Shown: positions 1 through 8,903, numbered from the stretch's first letter. The stretch is DNA of 64,000 nt from Candidatus Micrarchaeia archaeon (GCA_041650255.1 JBAZLL010000005.1:153-64152), one strand, 5' to 3'. Program-made: numbers and translations. Notes: a model not told the origin generated them from the sequence alone.

Positions 1-10
1 TTTCAAAATA

Positions 11-1903
11 ATGGATAACGAAAATGCAACCTCTGCAATATTATCTTCTAAAATTGACTATTATCTGGATTCACTACCTACATCCGATGTTCTTTCGCTT
101 CAAAACGATTCAAGAGTATCTCTTTATTCTGCAAGTTCAAGCATCTACGGATTTTATGTCAATCCCGCCCCTGCAAAGAGCGGCGAATTAAATCCATTCT
201 CAATTCAGAAGGTTCGTCTCGGGTTGCAATATCTCATAGACCGCGATGCAGTTGTAGATGAAGTATTCGGCGGGCTTGCAGTACCCACCTCAACCAACCC
301 ATGGTCCGGTCACCCCTCATACGAGATAATTCGTAACGTCAGTGAGAGCTACAATATACAATCAAACTTGTCAAAAGCAAACTCTCTCATAACCGAGGGC
401 ATGACCGAGGCGGGCGCAACAAAAGAATCCGGAATTTGGACCTATAATAAAAAGCCGATAACACTTCAGCTGTTCTCCACAAATTATAGTGCATACAAAT
501 CAATGATGAATATCATTGCCACGTCGCTTGAAACGGCGGGCTTTGAAACGAATCTCTCAATCATAGTTTTCAACGTATCCTCCACGTTCCCGCCGTATTC
601 AACCGATCCCGCAAAGCTTGAGTGGCATCTTGCTCCGACTGGATGGATATACTACGATGTTCCCGGGCTTGATGCAACAAGCATTCCGGAAATGGATGAA
701 GGCGAAGAAGGCTGGTGGGTATACAACAACACCGCCATCAGTTCAATACGTGAAAAAATGAAAAATTGCAAAAACGAAGCAGAGTGGGAACTTCTTGACC
801 GCGAGCTTGCAAGTGCTTACCTAAATGATTCCACAGGTATCTGGCTCGCCGCTCCGGACAGCACATACGCGGCAAGCAGCAACGTTTACTCTCTTGCACA
901 GGACAAATTCATCGGCATCGGCACATACTCCAACATCCGTGAGGCATACACTTCAAAGAACAAAACGCTTGCAATCGGAGTGCCCGAGTTCTATTTTGAA
1001 GGCGATCCCTGGAACCCGGTGGTAATCAACAACATTTTCATGATGAACGTGGTAAATTCAATTTACGATCCGGTCATTCGCACAAACACAAATACACTTA
1101 AGATTGAGCCGTTCAGGTGGGGCTTTACAATTGTCGGAAGTCCGGTTTCAAACATTTCTGTCCCTTCCGACGCATTTGTCTGGAATTACTCAAGCAAGAG
1201 CTGGGATTCAATCGGCGGCGGAAAGCTTGCAAAGACCAAAGTGACTTATGATTTGTCAAATTATGTCGGAACAAAATGGCACCATGGGCAAAACATAACT
1301 TGGGCCGATGTTCTCTATTTTAGTGCAAGTACATGGGACAGAACCTATGATGCAAAAAAGAGAGAGATTTCATCCACCCGCTGGAAAGACTCACTTGATT
1401 CAATAGTGGGTATGAAAATAAATGGCGAATCTCTGGAAGTTTATCTTAGCGACTGGAATGTGGATGACGAATCTCTCTTGCAGTTTGCCAAGATGTTCCA
1501 GCGTGCCGCACCTCTTGAAGAATATGCGGCAATGGATTCGGTTGTCTTTGGCAAAAATGAATTCAAATACCAATACGGGGAGTCGGATCGCAATATCACC
1601 AGTCTGAGTCTTGTAAACGGCAGTCATGTGCAAGATGTGCTTGCCGCCGCTCACAATTTGAAGTTTGCGCAAGTTTTGCCAATGGTGAGTGCAGGCGGGA
1701 AAACCTATCTGACACAAGCCGAGCTTTCATCCCGTGTTGCCTCGCTTGATTCATGGAACGCCGCGCACAAGCATCTCATAATCAACGATGGCTCGTTTTA
1801 TTTTGACCGATACGATGCGAAAGACGGTTCTGTATATCTCGTGGCATTCAGAGATGGCACATATCCGTTCTCGCCCGGATATTGGAGAGGAGATTCATCA
1901 TAA
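11..1903 (+). CDS. Extracellular solute-binding protein, ABC family 5 (peptide/nickel type); probably 5'-truncated by the window edge
   Basis: 630-aa ORF whose frame stays open back to nt 2. The segment NPFSIQKVRLGLQYLIDRDAVVDEVFGGLAVP resembles the conserved core of SBP_bac_5 proteins. Size and composition fit a secreted binding protein. Confidence 0.65.
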   Translation: MDNENATSAILSSKIDYYLDSLPTSDVLSLQNDSRVSLYSASSSIYGFYVNPAPAKSGELNPFSIQKVRLGLQYLIDRDAVVDEVFGGLAVPTSTNPWSGHPSYEIIRNVSESYNIQSNLSKANSLITEGMTEAGATKESGIWTYNKKPITLQLFSTNYSAYKSMMNIIATSLETAGFETNLSIIVFNVSSTFPPYSTDPAKLEWHLAPTGWIYYDVPGLDATSIPEMDEGEEGWWVYNNTAISSIREKMKNCKNEAEWELLDRELASAYLNDSTGIWLAAPDSTYAASSNVYSLAQDKFIGIGTYSNIREAYTSKNKTLAIGVPEFYFEGDPWNPVVINNIFMMNVVNSIYDPVIRTNTNTLKIEPFRWGFTIVGSPVSNISVPSDAFVWNYSSKSWDSIGGGKLAKTKVTYDLSNYVGTKWHHGQNITWADVLYFSASTWDRTYDAKKREISSTRWKDSLDSIVGMKINGESLEVYLSDWNVDDESLLQFAKMFQRAAPLEEYAAMDSVVFGKNEFKYQYGESDRNITSLSLVNGSHVQDVLAAAHNLKFAQVLPMVSAGGKTYLTQAELSSRVASLDSWNAAHKHLIINDGSFYFDRYDAKDGSVYLVAFRDGTYPFSPGYWRGDSS

Positions 1904-1915
1904 GAAAGGGTTTGT

Positions 1916-2557
1916 TTGTTCATGTCCGAGTTGCTCCTGAAAATTATTCCATTGGCAATTGCTTCGGCGGCATCGCCGGTAATAATTGCAGTCACTCTCG
2001 CGCTCCTGTCAAAAAAAAGTTTTGGAACGCTTGGGGCATTTTTTCTCGGATGTGCAGTTGCCGCCCTCATTTTAGCCGGCATCGGCATCACATTTGCAAC
2101 CGAAGATGATGTGGTTGCAAAAAGCATGGGGTTCTCGCCATCTATTTTTGATTTGGCGCTTGGCATATTATTTTTGGCAATCGGCGTGAAAATAATTCTT
2201 GAGAAACCCTCAGGCCAGTCAAATTTGCAGGGTAAGAATAAACGCAAAAGCCTAATCAAATGGTTTGCCATCGGTCTGATTGGCAGTCTCACAAATTTTG
2301 ATGCGGCAATTCTAAACATCACCGCAATAAGAGAAATATTCAACTCCGGCATCACAACATTGCAAAAAATCGAACTGCTCGCACTCTGCGATTTCTTTCT
2401 CCTTTTGCCTATTTTGCTTCCCTGTATGATTTATGTATTCGCGCCTGCGGCTTCGCAAAGAGTGTTAACACCCGTCGCAGTCTGGCTGAAGAAATACGGC
2501 AATTACATCGTAGGTGTAATCTTCCTCTCGTTCGGAGTATTTTTGCTGCTCAAATAA
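1916..2557 (+). CDS. Integral membrane protein (about 6 TM helices; GAP/Sap-like or LysE-like); function unknown
   Basis: 213-aa ORF made of hydrophobic helices, starting 13 nt after the upstream stop. No catalytic motif recognised. Confidence 0.5.
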   Translation: MFMSELLLKIIPLAIASAASPVIIAVTLALLSKKSFGTLGAFFLGCAVAALILAGIGITFATEDDVVAKSMGFSPSIFDLALGILFLAIGVKIILEKPSGQSNLQGKNKRKSLIKWFAIGLIGSLTNFDAAILNITAIREIFNSGITTLQKIELLALCDFFLLLPILLPCMIYVFAPAASQRVLTPVAVWLKKYGNYIVGVIFLSFGVFLLLK

Positions 2558-2689
2558 ATTTGAATTTAAAAAATTGCGACCAAGGCAATACGGTTTGTCC
2601 TCACCATTTCCAAGCCGCCGCCTCTTCATTTTTTTGGAACGATTCAAACACTAAGCGGCATTCTTAAATTTACTCATCAAGACAAATGC

Positions 2690-4117
2690 ATGGCGGGCGG
2701 ACTGTTCGGGCTGGGTGTAAACAGGTGGAATATACTATTTGTAATAATGCTCACGGTTTTGATAGCTTCCCTTGACCAGACCGTTGTGGCAACCGCAATG
2801 CCCACAATTATTTTGGACTTGGGCGGGCTTGGAAGCATGAGCCTTGTTTTTGCCGCATACATGACTGCTGCATTGATAACCGTGACAATCAGCGGCAGTC
2901 TCGGGGATATTTACGGGAGGAAAAAACTCTACATTATCGGAATTGCGCTTTTCACAATCGGCTCTTTCCTGTGCGGTTTTTCGCAGGATATGCAAATGCT
3001 AATTGCCTTTCGCGCCATGCAAGGTGCGGGCGCCGGAATGTTAATGGTGCTCTCAATGGCAATGATGGGAGACATATTTTCTCCCCGCGAGCGCGGCAAA
3101 TGGATAAGTCTCATCGCCGCAATATACGGTCTTGGTTCAATTTTTGGACCGATGCTCGGTGCATTCATAACACAGGACTTGGGCTGGAGATGGGTTTTTT
3201 ACGTAAATGTGCCAATCGGATTTCTCGCAATATGGCTGATGCACAAGGCAAATTATGCTCAAACTCTTCACAAAAAAGCCAACGTGGATTTTGCAGGTTG
3301 CATATTGTTCATGATATTCATAATCACGTTCATGTCATATGCCCAAACTCAATTGTGGCTGCTCACATCAATGTTGGCAGTAGAAATCGCAATCATAATT
3401 CTCGCACTGATATTATTTGTGCGTCAGGAGCACATTGCCGCCCAACCCATATTACCTCCGTATCTTTTTGCAAATTCAATATTTATCATCGCGATAATTT
3501 GCTCATTCATACTCAACGCCGCTCTTTTTGGTGCAATCTCGTTCGTGCCCCAATATGTTGAAACAATAATGGGCGGCGGGCCGATGGACGCCGGCAAGGC
3601 GCTCACTCCACTGCTTCTTTCATCAGTGCTCTCCATGGTTGCGGTTGGGCAAATAACCTCCAGAACCGGCAAATACAAACTGGTCGGAATAATCGCAACC
3701 ATTATTGTCTGCATCGGACTATGGTTGCTTGCAGGTCTGCAACAGGGCTCGTCATATTCTACCGTACTAATCGCGCTCACCGTGCTTGGCATCGGTCTTG
3801 GTCCCCAAACATATCTTTACACTCTGATAGTACAAAATGCATTTGCCAGTTGCAAAATCGGGGTTGCAACATCCGGCGTTACATTCTTTAGAAATCTCGG
3901 CTCTGTGCTGGGCGTGATAATTTTTGGGGCAGTAATAAATTTCGTGAGCCAGGTTAGCGTGATAACAACTGCGGCCGACAAAGCGGCATACTTAAGCGGA
4001 CTTCAAACAGCATTCACAATTTCACTTGCACTATCTGTAATCTGCGTTTTTCTTCTATTGGTAATAAAAGAAATACCTCTGCGAGCGAAAAACTCCGGCG
4101 CCGTTGCGTCCGGTTAA
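2690..4117 (+). CDS. MFS transporter, 14-TM DHA2 (EmrB/QacA-like) drug:H+ antiporter family
   Basis: 475 aa. N-terminal LDQTVVATAMPTI and GSLGDIYGRKKLYIIG (MFS motif A-like) are typical of DHA2 MFS proteins. About 14 hydrophobic segments. Confidence 0.8.
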   Translation: MAGGLFGLGVNRWNILFVIMLTVLIASLDQTVVATAMPTIILDLGGLGSMSLVFAAYMTAALITVTISGSLGDIYGRKKLYIIGIALFTIGSFLCGFSQDMQMLIAFRAMQGAGAGMLMVLSMAMMGDIFSPRERGKWISLIAAIYGLGSIFGPMLGAFITQDLGWRWVFYVNVPIGFLAIWLMHKANYAQTLHKKANVDFAGCILFMIFIITFMSYAQTQLWLLTSMLAVEIAIIILALILFVRQEHIAAQPILPPYLFANSIFIIAIICSFILNAALFGAISFVPQYVETIMGGGPMDAGKALTPLLLSSVLSMVAVGQITSRTGKYKLVGIIATIIVCIGLWLLAGLQQGSSYSTVLIALTVLGIGLGPQTYLYTLIVQNAFASCKIGVATSGVTFFRNLGSVLGVIIFGAVINFVSQVSVITTAADKAAYLSGLQTAFTISLALSVICVFLLLVIKEIPLRAKNSGAVASG

Positions 4118-4173
4118 TCATTTATTAAACTATTGATTGTAATCGAAAACAGACGGGTAAGAGGGGGATACTA

Positions 4174-5643
4174 ATGGCATCCAATGGCACATTCAAGTTG
4201 AGTTTGCTGGCATTTGTCTTGCTGACATTTGCGGCATTGATGAGTATCAGAACATTTCCTACTCAAGGAGTGGTGGGCTGGGAGTCAATAGCATTCTGCC
4301 TCATCGCGGTAATAATATACTTGATACCCGCATCCCTCGTTTCAGCCGAGCTTGCAACCGGCTGGCCCGAAGAGGGCGGTATTTATGCTTGGGTGAAAAC
4401 CGCATTCGGACAAAAATGGGGTTTTACTGCCATCTGGTTGCAATGGTTTCAGATGACAATCGGCTTCATCAGCGTTCTCACATTTATCGCCGCGACACTT
4501 GCATATCTTTTCAACCCTGCACTCGCGGAAAACAAGCTCTTTGAATTTTTGATAATCGTCCTTATTTGGTGGGGCTTTACAATACTAAATTTCAAGGGAA
4601 TGAAAACATATTCCAAAATAAGTTCAATCTCGGTGGTAATCGGAACTTTCATTCCCGCGGCCGTGCTCATACTGGGCGGGTTGCTTTACATCGCGATGGG
4701 AAATCCGGTTCAGCTCACACTCCAGCCAACCATGGCGGACTTAATGCCCAATCTCTCATCGCTTTCCAATCTGGTGCTATTGGTGACATTCGTGTTCGTG
4801 TTCATCGGCATTGAAATGACCGCGACACATGCAAACGAAATAAAAGACGTGCAGAAAAATTACCCCTTAGGCATTCTCACCGTGGGCATCGTGACCACAC
4901 TTGTCGGAGTAATAGGTGCACTCGTAGTTGCAATGCTCGTGCCTATCGGCAGTCTCAATCTGCTTGCCGGAATAATGCAAACATTTCAGGTAATTTTCCA
5001 AAGCTTCGGGGTATCATGGCTTGTAAAAGTTTTTGCATTCCTCATCGTGATTGGCGCGGCGGGTCAGGTTTCCACATGGATACTCGGACCAGTGCGCGGG
5101 CTCTTTGCAACCGCACGCGACGGAATGTTGCCGCCGATTTTGCAAAAGAAAAACGAGAACGGAATACCCGTGAACATGCTTATCTTTCAGGCACTCATGA
5201 TAACTTTCTGGGGTGCAGTCTATGTACTTTTGCCCGGAGGAGTGAATAGCTCGTTTTGGATGCTGTTTGCACTCACCACCGCGGTCTATATCGTAATGTA
5301 TTTTCTTATGTACGCATCCGCAATCAAACTTCGCTACTCTCATCCCGACGTGCCGCGGTCGTTTTCAATTCCCGGCGGCAAGGCGGGCATGTGGCTGGTA
5401 GCAGGATTCGGCATTCTTGCAATGGCGGGTTTATTCATACTTGCGCTAATGCCTCCCAGTCAAATCAAAGAGAGCAAAGATTATGTCGCATTCATGTTAA
5501 TCGGCACGCTTGCGGTGGTTGCAGTCCCGCTTCTTATTTACCACTTTAGAAAACCCGAGTGGAAACCTGCGCAAAAATCCGAAACGGTGAATAAAAGAAA
5601 AACGAAAGCTTCCAAGGCAGGAAAGAGAAAAACCCGCAGGTGA
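4174..5643 (+). CDS. APC-superfamily amino acid/amine antiporter (GadC/TyrP-like); predicted tyrosine:tyramine exchanger
   Basis: 489 aa, 12-13 TM segments, with a GAGGGGG ribosome-binding site 7 nt upstream. The N-terminal region SIRTFPTQGVVGWESIAF...PASLVSAELATGWPEEGGIYAWV is typical of the glutamate:GABA antiporter family. Its stop overlaps the SD of the downstream decarboxylase. Lys/Arg-rich C-terminal tail. Confidence 0.8.
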   Translation: MASNGTFKLSLLAFVLLTFAALMSIRTFPTQGVVGWESIAFCLIAVIIYLIPASLVSAELATGWPEEGGIYAWVKTAFGQKWGFTAIWLQWFQMTIGFISVLTFIAATLAYLFNPALAENKLFEFLIIVLIWWGFTILNFKGMKTYSKISSISVVIGTFIPAAVLILGGLLYIAMGNPVQLTLQPTMADLMPNLSSLSNLVLLVTFVFVFIGIEMTATHANEIKDVQKNYPLGILTVGIVTTLVGVIGALVVAMLVPIGSLNLLAGIMQTFQVIFQSFGVSWLVKVFAFLIVIGAAGQVSTWILGPVRGLFATARDGMLPPILQKKNENGIPVNMLIFQALMITFWGAVYVLLPGGVNSSFWMLFALTTAVYIVMYFLMYASAIKLRYSHPDVPRSFSIPGGKAGMWLVAGFGILAMAGLFILALMPPSQIKESKDYVAFMLIGTLAVVAVPLLIYHFRKPEWKPAQKSETVNKRKTKASKAGKRKTRR

Positions 5644-5648
5644 TTTTG

Positions 5649-7538
5649 ATGGACAAAAAATCAAAAAAGAAATCCGCCCGTTCAAAAGATGTTGAAGTAA
5701 AAGCGCTTTTCTTAGGTCCCAAATCCGAGAACCGCGATTATTTCAAAAGCACGCTGGATTTTCTGATGGACGAGCACATGCACTGGCGCAGGGATTTTCA
5801 TCCCGAAGACCGCGAAATCTCGTCAAAGGATGAAATGCGCGCCAAGAATTATCAAAAGACACTGGACAAGTCAACCGAGGTTCTGTCCGACCTTTCCGCA
5901 AAACTTAAGGAAACTTCAATGCCATGGTTTTCTGCCCGCTATCTTGGGCACATGAATTCGGATACGCTAATGGTAGCCAATCTTGCATACATGGCTGCGC
6001 TTTTATACAATCCCAACAATGTGGCGTACGAAGCATCCACTGCCACCACTCCAATGGAGATAGAAGTGGGAAAAGATTTTGCCACCATGCTCGGCTTTGA
6101 CCAAAAAACTTCATGGGGGCACATCACCACCGATGGCACCATCGCCAATTACGAAGGGCTTTGGATGGCACGCAATCTCAAATCATTTCCGCTTGCTGTG
6201 AAAAAAGTCAAACCCTCTTTGGTAAAAGGAATGAGTGATTGGCAGCTTCTCAACATGCCTGTGAAAAAGGCGCTTGACCTTGTCGACAAGGTGAAAAAAT
6301 CCGGCTGTTTTGAAAAAGTGCGCAACGAAACCGTGCGAGGCACCGGAGTTGGCGAGGGAAAGCTTGGAGTGGTGCTCGTTCCGCAATCCAAACATTACTC
6401 GTGGGTAAAAGCCGCGGACATTCTCGGTATCGGAAATCGGAATTTTATAGAGGTGCAGGTGGACGAGCATTTTCGCATGGACATTGGTGCACTCAAAAAA
6501 GAAATTGATTCTCACATTGCAAAAAAAATTCCCATAATGGCAGTGGTGGGAGTAGTAGGTACAACCGAAGAAGGCGCAATAGACAAAATCGCGGAAATAT
6601 CCAAATTGCGCAGTCAATATGAAAAGAGAGGAATCTCTTTCTATTTTCATGTGGATGCGGCGTACGGCGGCTATTCCCGCGCGCTTTTTCTTGACGAGAA
6701 AAGCCGCTTCATGAATTATGATGTGCTGAAAAAGCGCCTGTTCACGGACAAAGTTTTTGTTGGAAATCACACATACCCCAACAAGGAAATTTACGACTCA
6801 TACAAATCAATTCCAAATGCGGACTCCATTACAATTGATCCTCACAAAATGGGCTACATACCTTATGCTGCCGGAGGCATTGCAATCAAGGACCGGCGCA
6901 TACTTGATTTGATTTCCTATTTCGCGGCATACGTATTTGAATCCGGAAAGGATTCGCCGGTGCTTCTTGGCTCGTATATAATGGAGGGTTCTAAAGCCGG
7001 TGCAACTGCCGCCGCTGTTTGGGCAAGTCATCGAACAATCCCTCTCAACATAACTGGTTATGGAGAGATAATTGGCAGAAGCATAGAAGCCGCGCAAATG
7101 TTTACGCGTTCGCTTGAGTCAACCAAAATCCTCAAGGTAAAAGGCAGGGAATTTATCGTGCAACCGCTTGTCAAGACTCCCGACTTTAACATAATCTGCA
7201 TGGCATTTAATGAGAAGGGCAATACGAACCTTGAGAAAATGAACCGCTTTAATTCGCGCATCTATACCGAGGCGTCATATCAAAGCGGTCCGGTTTATAG
7301 AAATGACTGGATAACTTCAAACACCGAACTTGCGCGGGAAGATTACGGGGATGCACCAAGGGAATTTGTCAAGCGGATGGGAATACCCCAAAAGGAATGG
7401 GATCGGGTGGGAAAAGTGCGCGTGTTGCGCGTTTGCATGCTCAATCCCTTCATCTCCAACTTCCAAAACCACCACGACCTCTGGCAGGGCTTTTTGAAAA
7501 TACTTGAGGAAAAGATTGAGGGCGCAATGGACAAATAA
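5649..7538 (+). CDS. tdc: Pyridoxal-phosphate-dependent tyrosine decarboxylase, long bacterial (Enterococcus TyrDC-like) type
   Basis: About 629 aa. Motifs: WFSARYLGHMNSDTLM, NNVAYEASTATTPMEIEVG, WGHITTDGTIANYEGLWMARN and the PLP-lysine motif DPHKMGYIPYAAGG. I chose ATG 5649 because AGGTGA lies 6 nt upstream. The ORF track offers GTG 5640. Confidence 0.85.
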   Translation: MDKKSKKKSARSKDVEVKALFLGPKSENRDYFKSTLDFLMDEHMHWRRDFHPEDREISSKDEMRAKNYQKTLDKSTEVLSDLSAKLKETSMPWFSARYLGHMNSDTLMVANLAYMAALLYNPNNVAYEASTATTPMEIEVGKDFATMLGFDQKTSWGHITTDGTIANYEGLWMARNLKSFPLAVKKVKPSLVKGMSDWQLLNMPVKKALDLVDKVKKSGCFEKVRNETVRGTGVGEGKLGVVLVPQSKHYSWVKAADILGIGNRNFIEVQVDEHFRMDIGALKKEIDSHIAKKIPIMAVVGVVGTTEEGAIDKIAEISKLRSQYEKRGISFYFHVDAAYGGYSRALFLDEKSRFMNYDVLKKRLFTDKVFVGNHTYPNKEIYDSYKSIPNADSITIDPHKMGYIPYAAGGIAIKDRRILDLISYFAAYVFESGKDSPVLLGSYIMEGSKAGATAAAVWASHRTIPLNITGYGEIIGRSIEAAQMFTRSLESTKILKVKGREFIVQPLVKTPDFNIICMAFNEKGNTNLEKMNRFNSRIYTEASYQSGPVYRNDWITSNTELAREDYGDAPREFVKRMGIPQKEWDRVGKVRVLRVCMLNPFISNFQNHHDLWQGFLKILEEKIEGAMDK

Positions 7539-7560
7539 TATTTTTTTAATGTTTTTGCAC

Positions 7561-7578
7561 GCGCCACTTTTTTGGCGC
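7561..7578. terminator. Short hairpin with a T-rich loop between convergent genes (possible bidirectional terminator)
   Basis: GCGCCA-CTTTTT-TGGCGC, flanked by T runs, lying between the stops of 5649..7538(+) and 7602..8369(-). Confidence 0.3.
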
Positions 7579-7601
7579 AAATATTTTCCATGTTGCTAGG
7601 G

Positions 7602-8369
7602 TTAAATTGATTTTTTGTGCCCCATGAATGATTCAAATTGTCGGACTGATTCGTGTGTGGGTCTGTCAAACACCTCGAATATCATCGGTCCGCAAATGTT
7701 TGCAGCTTCCATCTGCCCGACCAGGCGCTTCCAGTTAATTTGTCCAGCCCCGATTGCAATGTGGTCGTTCTTCCCGTCATTGTCGTGGATGTGCATTGCG
7801 CATATGCGGTCGCTCAGATGTTTGAATGAGGAATAAATGTCCCACGAAAAGGCTGCATGACCTGTGTCAAAACAGACTCTCAAACGCGGGTCGGAAATTT
7901 CGGCAAATAAAACATCAAAATCAGAAAGTTCCCCTCCCAATCTGTTTTTCTCTGATACTGACGAATTGGGCTTGGTGTTTTCAATAGCCAGAGCGAACTC
8001 TCCTTTCTGCTCAAGGACCGAGCGCACAAAGCACGCGGCATTTTTCAGGTGAGATGCTCTGTCTCCCGACACGAAATGCCCTAAGTGCATGGTAAGATGA
8101 GTACCATTAACTGCCATCAGAGTTAGCGCCGCCCGCTTAGCGTATTCAATGTCTTTTTGTTTGCATTCAGCCGGATTGAATGTCCCTTTCCATGGTAGAT
8201 GGAAGCTGATGCCCAATCCAGAGGAAACCAAAAGCGGAGTCAATCTCTCCACTTCATGCAAAGGCACGCGGGTAAGGTCAATTTCCATGTGCGGGATGCC
8301 GCTGCTTCGGCAGTATTTGATGCTCGGGTCAATGTTCTCAAAGCACAGCATTCCAAATCCAAAACTCAT
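7602..8369 (-). CDS. Sugar phosphate isomerase/epimerase (xylose-isomerase-like TIM barrel, AP-endonuclease-2 fold)
   Basis: 255 aa. Carries the pattern of metal-binding His/Asp/Glu typical of this fold (FHLPW, LAIEN, CFDTGHA, MHIHDNDG). Confidence 0.65.
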   Translation of the reverse strand: MSFGFGMLCFENIDPSIKYCRSSGIPHMEIDLTRVPLHEVERLTPLLVSSGLGISFHLPWKGTFNPAECKQKDIEYAKRAALTLMAVNGTHLTMHLGHFVSGDRASHLKNAACFVRSVLEQKGEFALAIENTKPNSSVSEKNRLGGELSDFDVLFAEISDPRLRVCFDTGHAAFSWDIYSSFKHLSDRICAMHIHDNDGKNDHIAIGAGQINWKRLVGQMEAANICGPMIFEVFDRPTHESVRQFESFMGHKKSI

Positions 8370-8553
8370 AGGAATCTATATCCAATACGCCGGGGTTGTT
8401 TTTATCTCTGCTCTGAGCCGATTTAAAGTGGAAACAATTTGCTTCAGCATAACCTTCTTTAATATCTCTCTCGCTAAATAAATTCAAGGGGTCGTTCCAC
8501 AACCCCGTGCAGGTGTTCAATGCTAACGCCTGCATAATATAATGTGGAAGCAC

Positions 8554-8730
8554 GGGGTCGTGGCGTAAGCTGGTAGCGCGGCAGGCTCCAGGTGGCCCCT
8601 TTTCTTTCTTTGATAAAGAAAGAAAAGGCCCCAGGGTTCAAAAGAAAGAAACTCTGGACTTTCATCACGAAAGAAAGGCAAAAGGGCAATAAGAAACCTG
8701 CATGTTAGGGTTCAAATCCCTACGATCCCA
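8554..8730 (+). tRNA. tRNA-Trp (anticodon CCA) interrupted by a 104-nt intron at the canonical 37/38 position (intron 8592..8695)
   Basis: Folded by hand. Acceptor stem GGGGTCG/CGATCCC (one G-U pair). D arm GCGT-AAGCTGGTA-GCGC. Anticodon stem GCAGG (8581-8585)/CCTGC (8697-8701). Loop CTCCAG + A, with CCA at 8588-8590. T arm TAGGG-TTCAAAT-CCCTA. Discriminator A8730, and no encoded CCA end. Mature length 73 nt. Confidence 0.85.
8592..8695 (+). other. tRNA-Trp intron containing a 14-bp polypyrimidine/polypurine hairpin (8598..8628)
   Basis: CCTTTTCTTTCTTT-GAT-AAAGAAAGAAAAGG. I found no RUGAUGA/CUGA box pair on the sense strand and could not draw a canonical bulge-helix-bulge by eye. Confidence 0.7.
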
Positions 8731-8733
8731 CTA

Positions 8734-8774
8734 GGCTTTTTCTTTTTCTTTCGCGGAAAGAAAAAGAAAAACCC
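8734..8774 (+). terminator. Oligo-T tract plus a 16-bp perfect hairpin immediately 3' of tRNA-Trp
   Basis: A T5 run begins 7 nt after the discriminator base. The stem is TTTTTCTTTTTCTTTC-GCG-GAAAGAAAAAGAAAAA (8737-8752 / 8756-8771). Confidence 0.5.
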
Positions 8775-8903
8775 TGGAAAAAGAAAAAGAAAACTAAAAA
8801 CCAAAAAAAAGAAAACTAAACCCTGGAAAAAGAAAACTAAAACCCCAAAAAAAGAAAACTAAACCCTGGAAAAAGAAAACTAAAACCCCAAAAAAAGAAA
8901 ACT
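8768..8903. repeat. A-rich tandem repeat: two identical 43-nt units (8818-8860, 8861-8903) preceded by a degenerate ~50-nt copy
   Basis: The unit AAACCCTGGAAAAAGAAAACTAAAACCCCAAAAAAAGAAAACT was read directly from the sequence. There are no unique spacers. Confidence 0.75.

Noticed and set aside
8488-8495. GGGGTCGT upstream of the tRNA duplicating the first 8 nt of tRNA-Trp (possible integration scar)
   Set aside because: It is only 8 nt and forms part of a small local hairpin (GGGGT...ACCCC). Integrases usually duplicate tRNA 3' ends rather than 5' ends. The evidence is insufficient.
8661-8667. Box-C-like GTGATGA on the minus strand inside the tRNA-Trp intron, and another GTGATGA at 24289-24295
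   Set aside because: No CTGA box D or D' lies at guide distance (10-13 nt) in either case. The 24289 copy is simply the SD region of the small ORF. Neither supports a C/D sRNA.
8768-8903. Possible CRISPR array in the A-rich tandem repeats after tRNA-Trp
   Set aside because: The units are directly adjacent with no unique spacers. The repeats are low-complexity, not palindromic 24-40-mers, and there are no cas genes in the window.
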